From contig DATFUK010000259.1 in NCBI GenBank assembly GCA_035260865.1, forward strand, positions 1 through 35,413: a DNA stretch of 35,413 nucleotides. The letters are read 5' to 3'. This document shows, one piece after another, positions 1 to 8,520 of this stretch. Numbering within the stretch: the first letter of the stretch is position 1; every line of letters begins with the position of its first letter. This DNA comes from Candidatus Methylomirabilota bacterium (GTDB lineage Bacteria > Methylomirabilota > Methylomirabilia > Rokubacteriales > CSP1-6). The position numbers and the translations under genes are program-made. The notes under the pieces are model-generated. The model searched no databases and was not told the DNA's origin. It worked only from the letters and a program-made list of their open reading frames with translations.

Positions 1-738
1 GAGGCGGCGGCGGATCTGGCCCGCTTCGACGTGGTCGTGCTCGATCCGCACGCCCACCCGCCGCTTCCCCTCGTCAAGCGGCACGGCTCGCTGCTGCTGA
101 CTTACGTGAGCCTGGGCGAGGTGAACACGAGCCATCCCGAGTTCGCCGCCGTCGCGAACGAGCCGTGGGTGCTCTCCGCCAACCCGCGCTGGCCCGATGC
201 GCGCCGCCTCGACGTGCGCGCCCCGGCCTACGAGCGGTGGCTGCTCGACCGGGTGGTGCCGGCCGCGCTGGCCGGTCCGGTGAACGGTCTCTTCCTCGAC
301 ACCGTGGACACCGCGCTCGATCTCGAGCAGACCGATCCACGGCGGTTCGCCGGCGCGGCTCACGCGCTCGAGCGCGTGCTCATGGAGCTCCGGCGCCGTC
401 ACCCGCGGGCGCTCCTGATGATCAACGGCGGCCTCCCCCTCGCGGAGCGGCTGCCGACGGTGCTGGACGCGGTCGCCCTCGAGTCCATCTGGACGGACTA
501 CGACTTCAAGGCCAAGGCCTATCGCGTGCGGCCGGCCGACGAGGCGGAGTCCCGGGCGCTCCTCCTCGCCCGGGTGGTCGCGCTGGGCCTGCCCGTGTTC
601 ACCATCGAGTACGCCGCGGCCGACCGCGGCGCGCCCTGGCCGGCCGAGCTGATCCGTCGCGCCCGCGCCCGCGGATTCGTCCCGTACGTCTCGACGATCG
701 GCCTCGACCAGGTCTCGACCCACACTCTGGCGCGGTGA
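1..738 (+). CDS. pelA: PelA-like glycoside hydrolase (GH114/TM1410-type TIM barrel, alpha-1,4-galactosaminidase-like); 5' end cut by the window edge
   Basis: Frame 1 is open from base 1 (EAAADLARFDVVVLDP...) to TGA 736-738, so the GTG at 31 in the ORF track is probably internal. Motifs DVVVLDP, LTYVSLGEV, GLFLDTVDT, LMINGG and ALESIW fit the (beta/alpha)8 hydrolase family that contains the PelA hydrolase domain. It is the first gene of a pelA-G-ordered cluster. Confidence 0.75.
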   Translation, partial: EAAADLARFDVVVLDPHAHPPLPLVKRHGSLLLTYVSLGEVNTSHPEFAAVANEPWVLSANPRWPDARRLDVRAPAYERWLLDRVVPAALAGPVNGLFLDTVDTALDLEQTDPRRFAGAAHALERVLMELRRRHPRALLMINGGLPLAERLPTVLDAVALESIWTDYDFKAKAYRVRPADEAESRALLLARVVALGLPVFTIEYAAADRGAPWPAELIRRARARGFVPYVSTIGLDQVSTHTLAR

Positions 739-2867
739 CCGCCGTGACCCGACAGCTCTCGCGCCGCGCCCTCCTCGGGGGCTCGGCCGCCGCGGCGGGG
801 GCGCTCGCGCTGGGGGCGGCCGGCCCTCGAGCCCTCGCGGCGCCGGCCGCGCCCGCGGCCGCCCCGGGGGAGCTGTCGCGCTACGTGCTGGCTCTGTACA
901 AGTCCAGCGAGTTCGCCAACGCGGTGGACGGCCGTCGTCCCAAGACCGCCACCCTCAACGAAATTCACAGCTGGGCCCAAATGCCGCTCAACTGGCTCGG
1001 CCTCATGGTCGAGTATCACGACATTGACCGGGGGCTGCCGGACGAGCGGACGATGTCGCGCTACCGCGGCGTCGTCACGTGGTTCCAGACCGAGGACATG
1101 GCCGCGCCGCTCGATTACCTGCACTGGCTGGGCGCGCAGATCCGGGCCGGTCGCCGGGTGGTGATCCTCGAGTACCTGGGCGCGCTGCGCGATCCCCGGA
1201 CCCTGCGGACCGTCGACCTGGCCGCGGCCAACGAGGCGCTGGCGCCGAGCGGGCTCGAGTTCCTGGGCAACTGGACGGGCAACCAGAAGGTGATCGAGCT
1301 CCGCCGCAAGGATCCGAAGATGATGGAGTTCGAGCGGTCGTTCCCGCCCGGCCTGCCCGCCTACCAGCAGGTCCGCGCGCGCCGGGCGGACTCCCGCACG
1401 CATCTCGTGCTGGCCCGGCGCGACCTGCCGGACTCCGAGAGCCAGGTGGTGGTGACCGGTCCGTGGGGCGGCTTCGCGGCGGCCGGGTACGTGCGCTTCC
1501 AGTTCCCGGGGGAATCGGGCGCGCAGTGGTGGCTCGATCCCTTCGCGTTCTTCCGGGAAGCGCTCGGGGTCGGGGACTGGCCGCGGCCGGACACCACCAC
1601 CCAGGGCGGGCGGCGGATCTGCTATTCGCACATCGACGGTGACGGGCTGCGCAACCGCTCGGAGGTCCGCGCGGGCGCGTCGAGCGGCCAGGTCCTGCTC
1701 GAGGAGATCCTCGCGCGCTACGGGCTGCCCACCAGCGTGTCGGTCGTGGTGGCGGAGGTGGAGCCGACGCTGCTCGGGTCGCCCGAGTTCCAGGAGCTGG
1801 CCCGCGCGATCTTCCGGCTGCCGAACGTCGAGGCGGGCAGCCACTCCTATACCCATCCGCTGGACTGGGAGAAGCGGACGCGAAGCTTCACGCTCGCCTC
1901 GATCCCGTACTCGGTGGAGATGGAGACCGCGGGCTCCATCCGGTACATCGAGGAGCGGCTCCTGCCGCCCGGGAAGCGGGTGCGGCTCTTCCAGTGGTCG
2001 GGGTCCACCCGGGTGAGCGAGGAGGCGATCGCGGTCCTCGCGCGGCTCGCGGTGCCCAACATCAACGGCGGCGACACCATGCGCGACCGCGAGTGGCCGA
2101 GCTACACCCGGGTCGCTCCGCTGATGCGGCAGGTGGGCCGGCAGTGGCAGACCTACACCTCCGCCTCCAACGAGAACCTCTACACCAACCTCTGGAGCGG
2201 GCCGTTCTACGGCTACCGCCACGTGGTGGAGACGTTCGAGAACACCGAGAAGCCGCGGCGCGTGGCGCCGGTCAACGTCTACTACCACTTCTACTCGGCC
2301 GAGCGCGTGGCCTCGCTCACCTCGCTGCGCCACGTGCACGACTGGGTCGCGCGGCAGCCGCTCGCGCGCCTCTTCACCAGCGAGTACCTCGCGATCGTGG
2401 CGGGCTTCCGGACCGCGCGCATCGCCCGCGCCGAGCCGGGCTGGCGCGTCTGGGACCACGGCGCGCTGCGCACCGTGCGCTTCGACGACACGCGCGCCGG
2501 GGTGGACCTGGCGCGCTCACGGGGAGTCCTCGGCTTCGTCCATCACCAGGGCGCGCTCTACGTGCACCTGGCGGGGCCCGAGCCCGCGCTGATCGTGCTC
2601 GGCGACCATGCGCCCCAGACCCCCTACCTCGTGCAGGCGAGCCATCGCGTCACCGCCTGGGCCCGCGAGGCCGCGCGCGTCGCGGTGTCGCTCTCGGGGA
2701 TGGGCCCGAAGCTGGTCGAGCTGGCCGGACTGCCCGCGGGTCGCGAGATCGCGGTGGAGATCCGCGACGGCGCCGGATCGCGACGCGAGCGGCCGCGGAC
2801 CGGACCGGACGGACACCTCACGATCCGCGCCGGCGAGGCCGCGGAGGTGGAGGTGCGACTCGGGTGA
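735..2867 (+). CDS. pelA: PelA-like polysaccharide deacetylase (CE4-type) with a twin-arginine signal peptide
   Basis: GTG 735 overlaps the upstream stop (GTGA). The N-terminus TRQLSRRALLGGSAAAAGALALGA looks like a Tat signal. HIDGDG and GSHSYTHP resemble the CE4 Asp and His metal/catalytic motifs. The 710 aa plus the upstream hydrolase roughly equal one full-length PelA. The ORF-track start at 165 lies in an alternate frame inside the previous gene and is rejected. Confidence 0.75.
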   Translation: MTAVTRQLSRRALLGGSAAAAGALALGAAGPRALAAPAAPAAAPGELSRYVLALYKSSEFANAVDGRRPKTATLNEIHSWAQMPLNWLGLMVEYHDIDRGLPDERTMSRYRGVVTWFQTEDMAAPLDYLHWLGAQIRAGRRVVILEYLGALRDPRTLRTVDLAAANEALAPSGLEFLGNWTGNQKVIELRRKDPKMMEFERSFPPGLPAYQQVRARRADSRTHLVLARRDLPDSESQVVVTGPWGGFAAAGYVRFQFPGESGAQWWLDPFAFFREALGVGDWPRPDTTTQGGRRICYSHIDGDGLRNRSEVRAGASSGQVLLEEILARYGLPTSVSVVVAEVEPTLLGSPEFQELARAIFRLPNVEAGSHSYTHPLDWEKRTRSFTLASIPYSVEMETAGSIRYIEERLLPPGKRVRLFQWSGSTRVSEEAIAVLARLAVPNINGGDTMRDREWPSYTRVAPLMRQVGRQWQTYTSASNENLYTNLWSGPFYGYRHVVETFENTEKPRRVAPVNVYYHFYSAERVASLTSLRHVHDWVARQPLARLFTSEYLAIVAGFRTARIARAEPGWRVWDHGALRTVRFDDTRAGVDLARSRGVLGFVHHQGALYVHLAGPEPALIVLGDHAPQTPYLVQASHRVTAWAREAARVAVSLSGMGPKLVELAGLPAGREIAVEIRDGAGSRRERPRTGPDGHLTIRAGEAAEVEVRLG

Positions 2868-5086
2868 AGATCGAGCGCTGGAAGCTTGGGCTCGGGGTGC
2901 TGCTCACCCTCGCGCTCCTCGTGCTGTCGATGCCGTGGGGCGGCGACCTGGGCTGGGCGTACCTGGCCGACCGGCAGTACACGCTGGCCCGGGACATGTT
3001 CACCGACGCGCTGCGCGGCGACACCACCGACGCGCATCTCTGGGTCGGGCTGGCCACCGCCTACGAGGCGCTCGGCGAGCCCGACCGGCAGATCGCGACG
3101 CTCGAGGACGCGGCGCGCAGCCTGCCGCGTCGCCGCGATCTCCTGCTGAGGCTGGCCGACGCGTATCAGGCCAACAAGGACCCCGCCGCGGCGGCCGCGG
3201 TGCTCGAGCGCCTGACCGTGACGCCGGGACCGGACGACGTCCCGCTGCTCGAGCGCCTGCTCACCGCGTACCTGTGGAAGGGCGACTACGAGCGCGAGGT
3301 CGCGGTGCTCCGCAAGCTGGTGGCGCTCAGCCCGACCGACTCCGGGATCGTCGGCGAGCTGGTTACCGCGGCGCGAAGCCTCAACCGGCAGCAGGAGGCC
3401 GCGACGGTGCTGGAAGCGTTCGTGCGGCGGCGCCCCGACGATCCCGAGCGCCGGCGGTGGCTCGCCCAGACCTACGACTCGCTCGGGGAGGGGGATCGCG
3501 CGATCGAGCACTGGAAGGTGCTGGCGCGGATCGCGCCGGGCGACGCCGAGGCCCGCGACCGCCTCCTCCCGGCTCCGGGCGGCGCGCCGCGGGTGGAGGA
3601 GATCGCGCTGCTCGAGCGCCAGCGCGCGGCCGATCCTCGCGACGAGGCCTCGCGCCGCCGGCTGGTGGAGCTCTACCGCGGCGCCGGTGACGGGCCCCGC
3701 GCGGTCGGCGCGCAGCGGGAGCTGGCCGGGCTCCGTCCCCGCGACCACGACACGCTGGCGCTGCTCGGCCGGCTGCTCGTCGAGCAAGACCGCGGCCCCG
3801 AGGCGATCGCCGCGTACGAGCGGGCGGTGGAGATCGCGCCGGACCGGCTCGACAGCGCGCTGGCCCTCGCCCAGCTCTACGAGTGGGGGAACGACCCGCG
3901 CCGCGCGCTGGCCCTGCTCGAGCGCGTGGCGAAGGCGCGCCCCGCGGATCGCGCGCTGCAGGAACGGGTGGCCACGCTCGCCCAGGGCACCGAGGATGGC
4001 GGGTCCGCGCTCGCGGCCCTGGACCGGCTCGCCGCGCTCTCCCCGCCGGACGCCCGTTACGCCCAGCAGGCGGTGGACGCGCTGGCCGCCGCGAATCGTC
4101 TTCCCGAGGCGATCGCGCGGCAGCGGCGAATCGTCGAGCAGAATCCGGGCGCGCCCGGCCCCGCGCTCCGGCTCGCCCAGCTCCACGAGTGGAACAACCA
4201 GGAGCGCGAGGCCATCTCCGTCTACGAGGGGCTCGATCGCGCGAGCGCGTTGCCGGACGCCTCGCTCCGGCGGCTCGCCGAGCTGTATCGCTTCCAGGAT
4301 CGTCCCGCGGACTTCCTGCGGGTGGCCGAGCGCCTGCTCGCCCGGCGTCCGGACGACTGGGCCCTGCGCGACGCGGCCGCTCAGGCCGCCGAGGGGCTCG
4401 GCCGATTCCCGGATTCGGCGCGCCTGATGCAGCCGATGGTGGAGCGGCGGCCTCTCGAGGAGGGCCAGGTGCTCCGGTACCTGAGCCTCACCGCGCAGGC
4501 CGGCCGCCTGGACGACGGGCTCCGCGTGCACCGCCGCTTCGCGGCCTCGGCGAGCCCCGCCTACCGGGCGAAGGCGGGCCGCATCCTGATGGATCTCGGC
4601 AAGTACCCGGACGCGGTCGCGGAGTACGAGGCGGTCCTCGCGGCGGCCCCGGGCGACGGCGACGACGCGGTGGCCGCGCGGCTGGCGCTGGCCCAGCTCT
4701 ACGACTGGACGGGGGCGGGCGAGCCCGCGCTCCGGCAGTGGGAGAGCCTCATGCGCGCGCGCCCGCGGGATCCGCGGGTGCTGCGCGAGGTCGGCCGGCG
4801 CAGCCTCGCGCTGTCGCGCAACGAGGTGGCCCTGCGCGCCTATCGCTCGCTGCTCGACGTGCAGCCCGACGACGCGGAGGCGCTCAAGCGGGCCGGGCAG
4901 CTCATGGCGTGGAGCCACGACGCGCGCGGGGCCCGGACCGCGCTCGAGCGCTTCAATCGCGTGAAGGGCGGCGACTACGAGGTGCACTACCTCCTGGGCG
5001 AGCTCTACGCGGCCGACCGGGATGAGGAGCGCGCGCGCCTCGAGTACGAGCGGGCCCTCCGGCTCCTGCCCGCCCGCCCCCGCTGA
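2864..5086 (+). CDS. pelB: PelB-like membrane-anchored tetratricopeptide-repeat protein (N-terminal part of a split PelB)
   Basis: GTG 2864 overlaps the upstream stop (GTGA). It has one N-terminal hydrophobic helix (LGLGVLLTLALLVLSMPW). About 700 aa of repeated A/L/Y/R-rich TPR-like units follow (e.g. LAQLYEWGNDPRRALALLERV, LAQLHEWNNQEREAISVYEGL, LAQLYDWTGAGEPALRQWESL). It occupies the pelB position in the cluster. Confidence 0.75.
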   Translation: MKIERWKLGLGVLLTLALLVLSMPWGGDLGWAYLADRQYTLARDMFTDALRGDTTDAHLWVGLATAYEALGEPDRQIATLEDAARSLPRRRDLLLRLADAYQANKDPAAAAAVLERLTVTPGPDDVPLLERLLTAYLWKGDYEREVAVLRKLVALSPTDSGIVGELVTAARSLNRQQEAATVLEAFVRRRPDDPERRRWLAQTYDSLGEGDRAIEHWKVLARIAPGDAEARDRLLPAPGGAPRVEEIALLERQRAADPRDEASRRRLVELYRGAGDGPRAVGAQRELAGLRPRDHDTLALLGRLLVEQDRGPEAIAAYERAVEIAPDRLDSALALAQLYEWGNDPRRALALLERVAKARPADRALQERVATLAQGTEDGGSALAALDRLAALSPPDARYAQQAVDALAAANRLPEAIARQRRIVEQNPGAPGPALRLAQLHEWNNQEREAISVYEGLDRASALPDASLRRLAELYRFQDRPADFLRVAERLLARRPDDWALRDAAAQAAEGLGRFPDSARLMQPMVERRPLEEGQVLRYLSLTAQAGRLDDGLRVHRRFAASASPAYRAKAGRILMDLGKYPDAVAEYEAVLAAAPGDGDDAVAARLALAQLYDWTGAGEPALRQWESLMRARPRDPRVLREVGRRSLALSRNEVALRAYRSLLDVQPDDAEALKRAGQLMAWSHDARGARTALERFNRVKGGDYEVHYLLGELYAADRDEERARLEYERALRLLPARPR

Positions 5087-5145
5087 CCTGGGGCGCCGCG
5101 CCCTCCTCCCTTGAACGCGGCGGACGCCGCCGCCATACTCCTTCG

Positions 5146-6585
5146 GTGACCCCGCTTCGCCTCGCGTGTGCCGTCTGGCTCCTGTGCCTGACCCTGGGTG
5201 CCCCGATCACCGTCGCGCGCGCCCAGGCGCCGCCCGAGGCCCCCGCCCCGTTCGAGGCCGAGATGATGCGGGCGCGCATCCTGGCGCGCCTGGGCATGAT
5301 CGAGGAAGCGCTCGCGGCGTATCGCGCGCTGCTCGAGCGCCACGGGGAGGATCGCGCCCTGCGCGAGGACTACGCGGAGCTCCTCGTGGACGCCGGGCAG
5401 CTCGACCAGGCCGGTCCGGTGGTGGATCGCTACCTGGCCGACGATCCCGCCTCCGCGCGGCTGCGCCGGTTGAAGGCCCGGCTCGACCTGGCCCGGGGCG
5501 CGCCCGCCGAGGCGGGCCGTCGCCTCGACGCGCTGGCGCGCGAGCAGCCGCGCGACGCCGGCCTCACCGCGGACCTGGCCGCCGCCGAGCTCGGCGCGGG
5601 CCGGTGGAGCCGGGCGCTCGATCTCTACGGGCGGATGCTGGATGCGGATCCGGAGAACCGCGAGGTCCTGGCCGCCTACCGCGAGATCCTCCTCGCCCAC
5701 GCCCCGCGCGTCGAGCTGATCCACTCCACGCTGCTCCAGACCGCGGCCACGCACCACGTGGAGGAGGCGGCGTGGCGCGGCTGGCTGGCCGACCGCTGGT
5801 GGCTGCGGGCCGGCGCCCGGTACGGCAGCTATCACCAGGACCCGGTGGTGGGCCGGTCCGCGTTCAGCGAGGAGGTGTGGACCGCGCTGGCCACGGTCGG
5901 CTTCCAGCCCACGCGCGCGCTCTCGCTCTGGGCCGGGCTCGAGGAGTCGCGGCGCCGCGAGGACATCTACCGCACCGTCGGGCGCCTCGGCGCCGCCTAC
6001 GACGACGCCAAGGCCACCAGCGCGACGGTGGACGTGGCGATCCGCGAGCTGCTCACCAATCCGGTGGCCGCGATTCCGCGGAACGGATCGACCGACCGGG
6101 TGACGGTGGACGTGGCCCGGCGCGTCCTGGTCCCGGTGGTGCTGGGCGCCCACTACGACTTCCGCCACTACCGCGTGTCCGGCGAGGAGCTGGGCGACCG
6201 CTGGGAGGCGGCGGGGCGGGCCGAGCTCGAGCTGGTGCGGAGCCGCGTGCAGGTGACGCTGATCCCGCAGGTATTTTTTGCCCGGTACACGCCGACCGCG
6301 GGCGATGCCCTGCGCGAGGCGGTCTCGTTCATCAAGCGCGAAGACGTCCTGGGCATCGGGACCGTGGTGGGCTGGGACGTGACGCCCGCGGTGCGCCTGC
6401 AGGCCGGCGCGGTCGGGCGCCGCGACCTGTTCCGCGCGATCACGTCGTGGGAGGTCAACGGGGAGGGCCGGTGGCGAATTCGCCCCTGGCTGGAGGGGCG
6501 CGTGCTCTATACTCGCAACACCGAGTCCACCACGGTGGGCGGCCAGGAAGAATTCTTCCTCGGCCGTCTCGACATCCTGTACTGA
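5146..6585 (+). CDS. pelB: PelB-like secreted TPR plus outer-membrane beta-barrel protein (C-terminal part of a split PelB)
   Basis: GTG 5146 is followed by a Sec-type signal peptide (MTPLRLACAVWLLCLTLGAPITVARA-QA). About 150 aa of TPR-like repeats come next. The last ~290 aa show alternating hydrophobic/polar strand patterns and end in an aromatic residue (GRLDILY), typical of outer-membrane barrels. Confidence 0.7.
   Translation: MTPLRLACAVWLLCLTLGAPITVARAQAPPEAPAPFEAEMMRARILARLGMIEEALAAYRALLERHGEDRALREDYAELLVDAGQLDQAGPVVDRYLADDPASARLRRLKARLDLARGAPAEAGRRLDALAREQPRDAGLTADLAAAELGAGRWSRALDLYGRMLDADPENREVLAAYREILLAHAPRVELIHSTLLQTAATHHVEEAAWRGWLADRWWLRAGARYGSYHQDPVVGRSAFSEEVWTALATVGFQPTRALSLWAGLEESRRREDIYRTVGRLGAAYDDAKATSATVDVAIRELLTNPVAAIPRNGSTDRVTVDVARRVLVPVVLGAHYDFRHYRVSGEELGDRWEAAGRAELELVRSRVQVTLIPQVFFARYTPTAGDALREAVSFIKREDVLGIGTVVGWDVTPAVRLQAGAVGRRDLFRAITSWEVNGEGRWRIRPWLEGRVLYTRNTESTTVGGQEEFFLGRLDILY
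6545..6560. repeat. Perfect 16-nt AT-rich palindrome AGGAAGAATTCTTCCT flanked by GGCC/GGCC, inside the last 40 nt of the porin gene
   Basis: Read directly from the sequence: 6545-6560 is its own reverse complement. GGCC at 6541-6544 and 6562-6565 could extend the stem with one bulged C. It lies 25 nt upstream of the pelC ATG. Confidence 0.6.
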
Positions 6586-7160
6586 TGACACCTACGTCGC
6601 GGCGTTCGAGGATCCTGCTGCTGGCGGCCGCGCTGCTGACCGCGTCCGGATGCGCGAGCGCGGTCCAGGAGTGGGTGAAGCCCGGCGCCGGTCGGGTCGG
6701 CCGCGTCGCGGTGCTCGCCTTCGAGAACCAGACCACCGCGCTGCGGGCCGGACAGGCCACCGCCGATCTCCTCGTCACCGAGCTGCTCGCCACCGGGGTG
6801 ATCGCGGTGATGGACCCGAGCGAGGCCGCCGACCTCCTCCGCCGCGAGAACCTGGACCCCGCCGACGCGGGCCGCCTGCCGTCCGCGCAGCGGATCGGCC
6901 GGCTCCTGCAGGTGAGCCACGTGCTGCAGGGCTCGGTGACCGAGTATCGTTACAAGCCCGGCCTCTCCGAGACGCCCGCGGTCGGCGTCACCGCGCGGCT
7001 CGTGGAGGTCGCCTCGGGGGAGGTGGTGTGGAGCGCGAGCCACGCCCGCCTCGGCTCCTCGTGGATCCGCGAGGACGGGCTCGCGCGCGTCGCGCAGCAG
7101 GTGGCCCACGACATGGCCGCCCATCTGACGGGCGCCCTGGGCGACGCCCGGGCGCGGTAA
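6585..7160 (+). CDS. pelC: PelC-like outer-membrane lipoprotein
   Basis: ATG 6585 overlaps the upstream stop (TGATG). Lipobox LLTASG-C follows a basic/hydrophobic signal peptide. The VAVLAFENQT core is typical of PelC/CsgG-like periplasmic ring lipoproteins. The size (191 aa) and position match pelC. Confidence 0.75.
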   Translation: MTPTSRRSRILLLAAALLTASGCASAVQEWVKPGAGRVGRVAVLAFENQTTALRAGQATADLLVTELLATGVIAVMDPSEAADLLRRENLDPADAGRLPSAQRIGRLLQVSHVLQGSVTEYRYKPGLSETPAVGVTARLVEVASGEVVWSASHARLGSSWIREDGLARVAQQVAHDMAAHLTGALGDARAR

Positions 7161-7167
7161 GCGCCGG

Positions 7168-8520
7168 GTGCTCGCCCGCCTCCGCCGCGGCCACCCCTAC
7201 CTGCTCGAGCTGGGCGGCGGGCTCCTCGTGCTCGCCGTCGTCAACCTGCTGCTGCGGCCAAAGGACCCGGGCTTCCTCGCGGTACAGCCGAACCCGGCCC
7301 TCCTGCTCGTCGCGGTGCTGGCCTGCCGTCACGGCCTGCGCGCCGGACTCGTGAGCGGGCTCGCGACCGCGGCCCTCGTCTCCGGGTGCATCGTGGCGCG
7401 TCTCGAGTACCTGACCTTCACCGAGCTGCGCACGCTCGGGCACTACCTGACGCCGCTCCTCCTGATCGGCACCGGCTTCGGGCTCGGCGCCCAGCGGGAG
7501 GCCCTGCGCCGCGCCGAGCGCGCGCGGGAGAGCCGCGTCGAGGCGCTCGAGCACGAGCTGGCCGACCAGGCGGTGCGCTTCATGGCCGCCACCGAAGCCA
7601 AGCACGAGCTGGAGCGGCGGGTGGCCGACGAGCGCGCGTCGCTCTCGAGCCTCTACACCGCGGCCCGCGCCCTCGAGACGCTCGACGCGGAGCGGCTCTA
7701 CCCGGCGATCGCGCTCACCGCGCGCCGGTTCCTGCAGGCCGACGCCTGCCAGTGCTACGTGCTGGAGGGCGAGCTGATGCGCCTGCGCGCCGCGGAAGGA
7801 CCCGCCCCCGCGCGGTCCGAAATCCCTCCCGACGACGGGCTGGTCGGCCTGGCCGTCCGCCTCGGCCGCCCGGTGAGCGTGCGCGACGCCACCGCCATCG
7901 GCTCCCTCGACGATCTCCACGGGGCGAGCCTGCTGATGGCGGCCCCCCTGCTGGGTCCGCAGGGCACCCTGCTCGGCTGCATCACGGTGACGTCGCTGCC
8001 CTTCCTGCGTCTCACCCCCGCGTCGCTCGATCGCCTCGGCCTGGTCGCGGACTGGGGCGCGCGGGTGCTCGCGAACGCGCGGACCCATCAGGAGACCCGG
8101 GCGCGCACCATCGAGGACGACCTGGTGGGCGCCTACACCTACGCGTACTACGAGCGCCGGCTCCACGAGGAAGAGGTGCGCGCCGACCGCTACGGCCGCC
8201 CGCTCGCGGTGGTCGTCTTCCGCGTCCACCGCTTCGGAGCGGTGGCGCCGGAGCGCCGCATCGAGCTGGGGCGCGTGCTCTCGCTCGTGTTCTCGCGCAC
8301 GCTGCGCGACGTGGACATCGTGTGCCGCTACGCCACCGAGGACTCCTTCGCGATCATCCTGCCCGAGACGCCGCCCGCGCACGCCGAGGTCGTCGTCGAG
8401 CGCCTGTCGCGCGAGATCGGCAACTTCCACTTCGCCCCCTACGCCGACGAGACGGAGGACCTCGAGTTCTCGGCCCGCGTCCTCGCGGTGCGCGAGCGTC
8501 CCGGGGGAGTGACGTCCTGA
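7168..8520 (+). CDS. pelD: PelD-like inner-membrane c-di-GMP receptor (TM helices, coiled coil, GAF, degenerate GGDEF)
   Basis: Hydrophobic N-terminal third, then a coiled-coil linker, then a GAF-like segment (GLVGLAVRLGRPVSVRD ... LLGCITVTSLPF). The C-terminal GGDEF fold reads RDVD-IVCRY-ATEDSF where active cyclases read RxxD-xxxRx-GG(D/E)EF. The I-site RxxD is therefore kept (8305-8316) and the active site is lost (8332-8346). Confidence 0.8.
   Translation: MLARLRRGHPYLLELGGGLLVLAVVNLLLRPKDPGFLAVQPNPALLLVAVLACRHGLRAGLVSGLATAALVSGCIVARLEYLTFTELRTLGHYLTPLLLIGTGFGLGAQREALRRAERARESRVEALEHELADQAVRFMAATEAKHELERRVADERASLSSLYTAARALETLDAERLYPAIALTARRFLQADACQCYVLEGELMRLRAAEGPAPARSEIPPDDGLVGLAVRLGRPVSVRDATAIGSLDDLHGASLLMAAPLLGPQGTLLGCITVTSLPFLRLTPASLDRLGLVADWGARVLANARTHQETRARTIEDDLVGAYTYAYYERRLHEEEVRADRYGRPLAVVVFRVHRFGAVAPERRIELGRVLSLVFSRTLRDVDIVCRYATEDSFAIILPETPPAHAEVVVERLSREIGNFHFAPYADETEDLEFSARVLAVRERPGGVTS

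Noticed and set aside
165-734. Upstream extension of the deacetylase ORF back to ATG 165
   Set aside because: This stretch lies in an alternate frame inside the hydrolase gene and is R/A/G/P-rich. The Tat signal peptide begins exactly at GTG 735, which overlaps the hydrolase stop.
519-2459. 646-aa ORF on the minus strand, antisense to the PelA-like genes
   Set aside because: The translation is dominated by R, G, P, A and H with no recognisable motifs. It mirrors a + strand gene that has clear motifs and G/C-saturated third positions. Long antisense ORFs are expected at this GC content because stop codons are rare.
2624-4987. 787-aa minus-strand ORF, plus the alternate-frame + strand ORFs (2608-3690, 3687-4427, 3883-5025) over the TPR gene
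   Set aside because: All are low-complexity R/A/G/P-rich translations. Only the frame starting at 2864 gives coherent TPR repeats and overlaps the neighbouring gene in the operon pattern.
5087-5145. The gap between the two PelB-like genes as a sign of a frameshifted pseudogene
   Set aside because: The downstream gene has its own start and a complete signal peptide with an AxA cleavage site, and the upstream gene ends cleanly. It is kept as a genuine split, but raw-read verification is recommended.
6274-6279. T6 run (GTA TTT TTT GCC) in the porin gene as a possible frameshift or slippage site
   Set aside because: The zero frame continues with barrel-like sequence to a proper aromatic C-terminus. 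In this frame the run does not form an X-XXY-YYZ heptamer, and no alternative-frame product is apparent.
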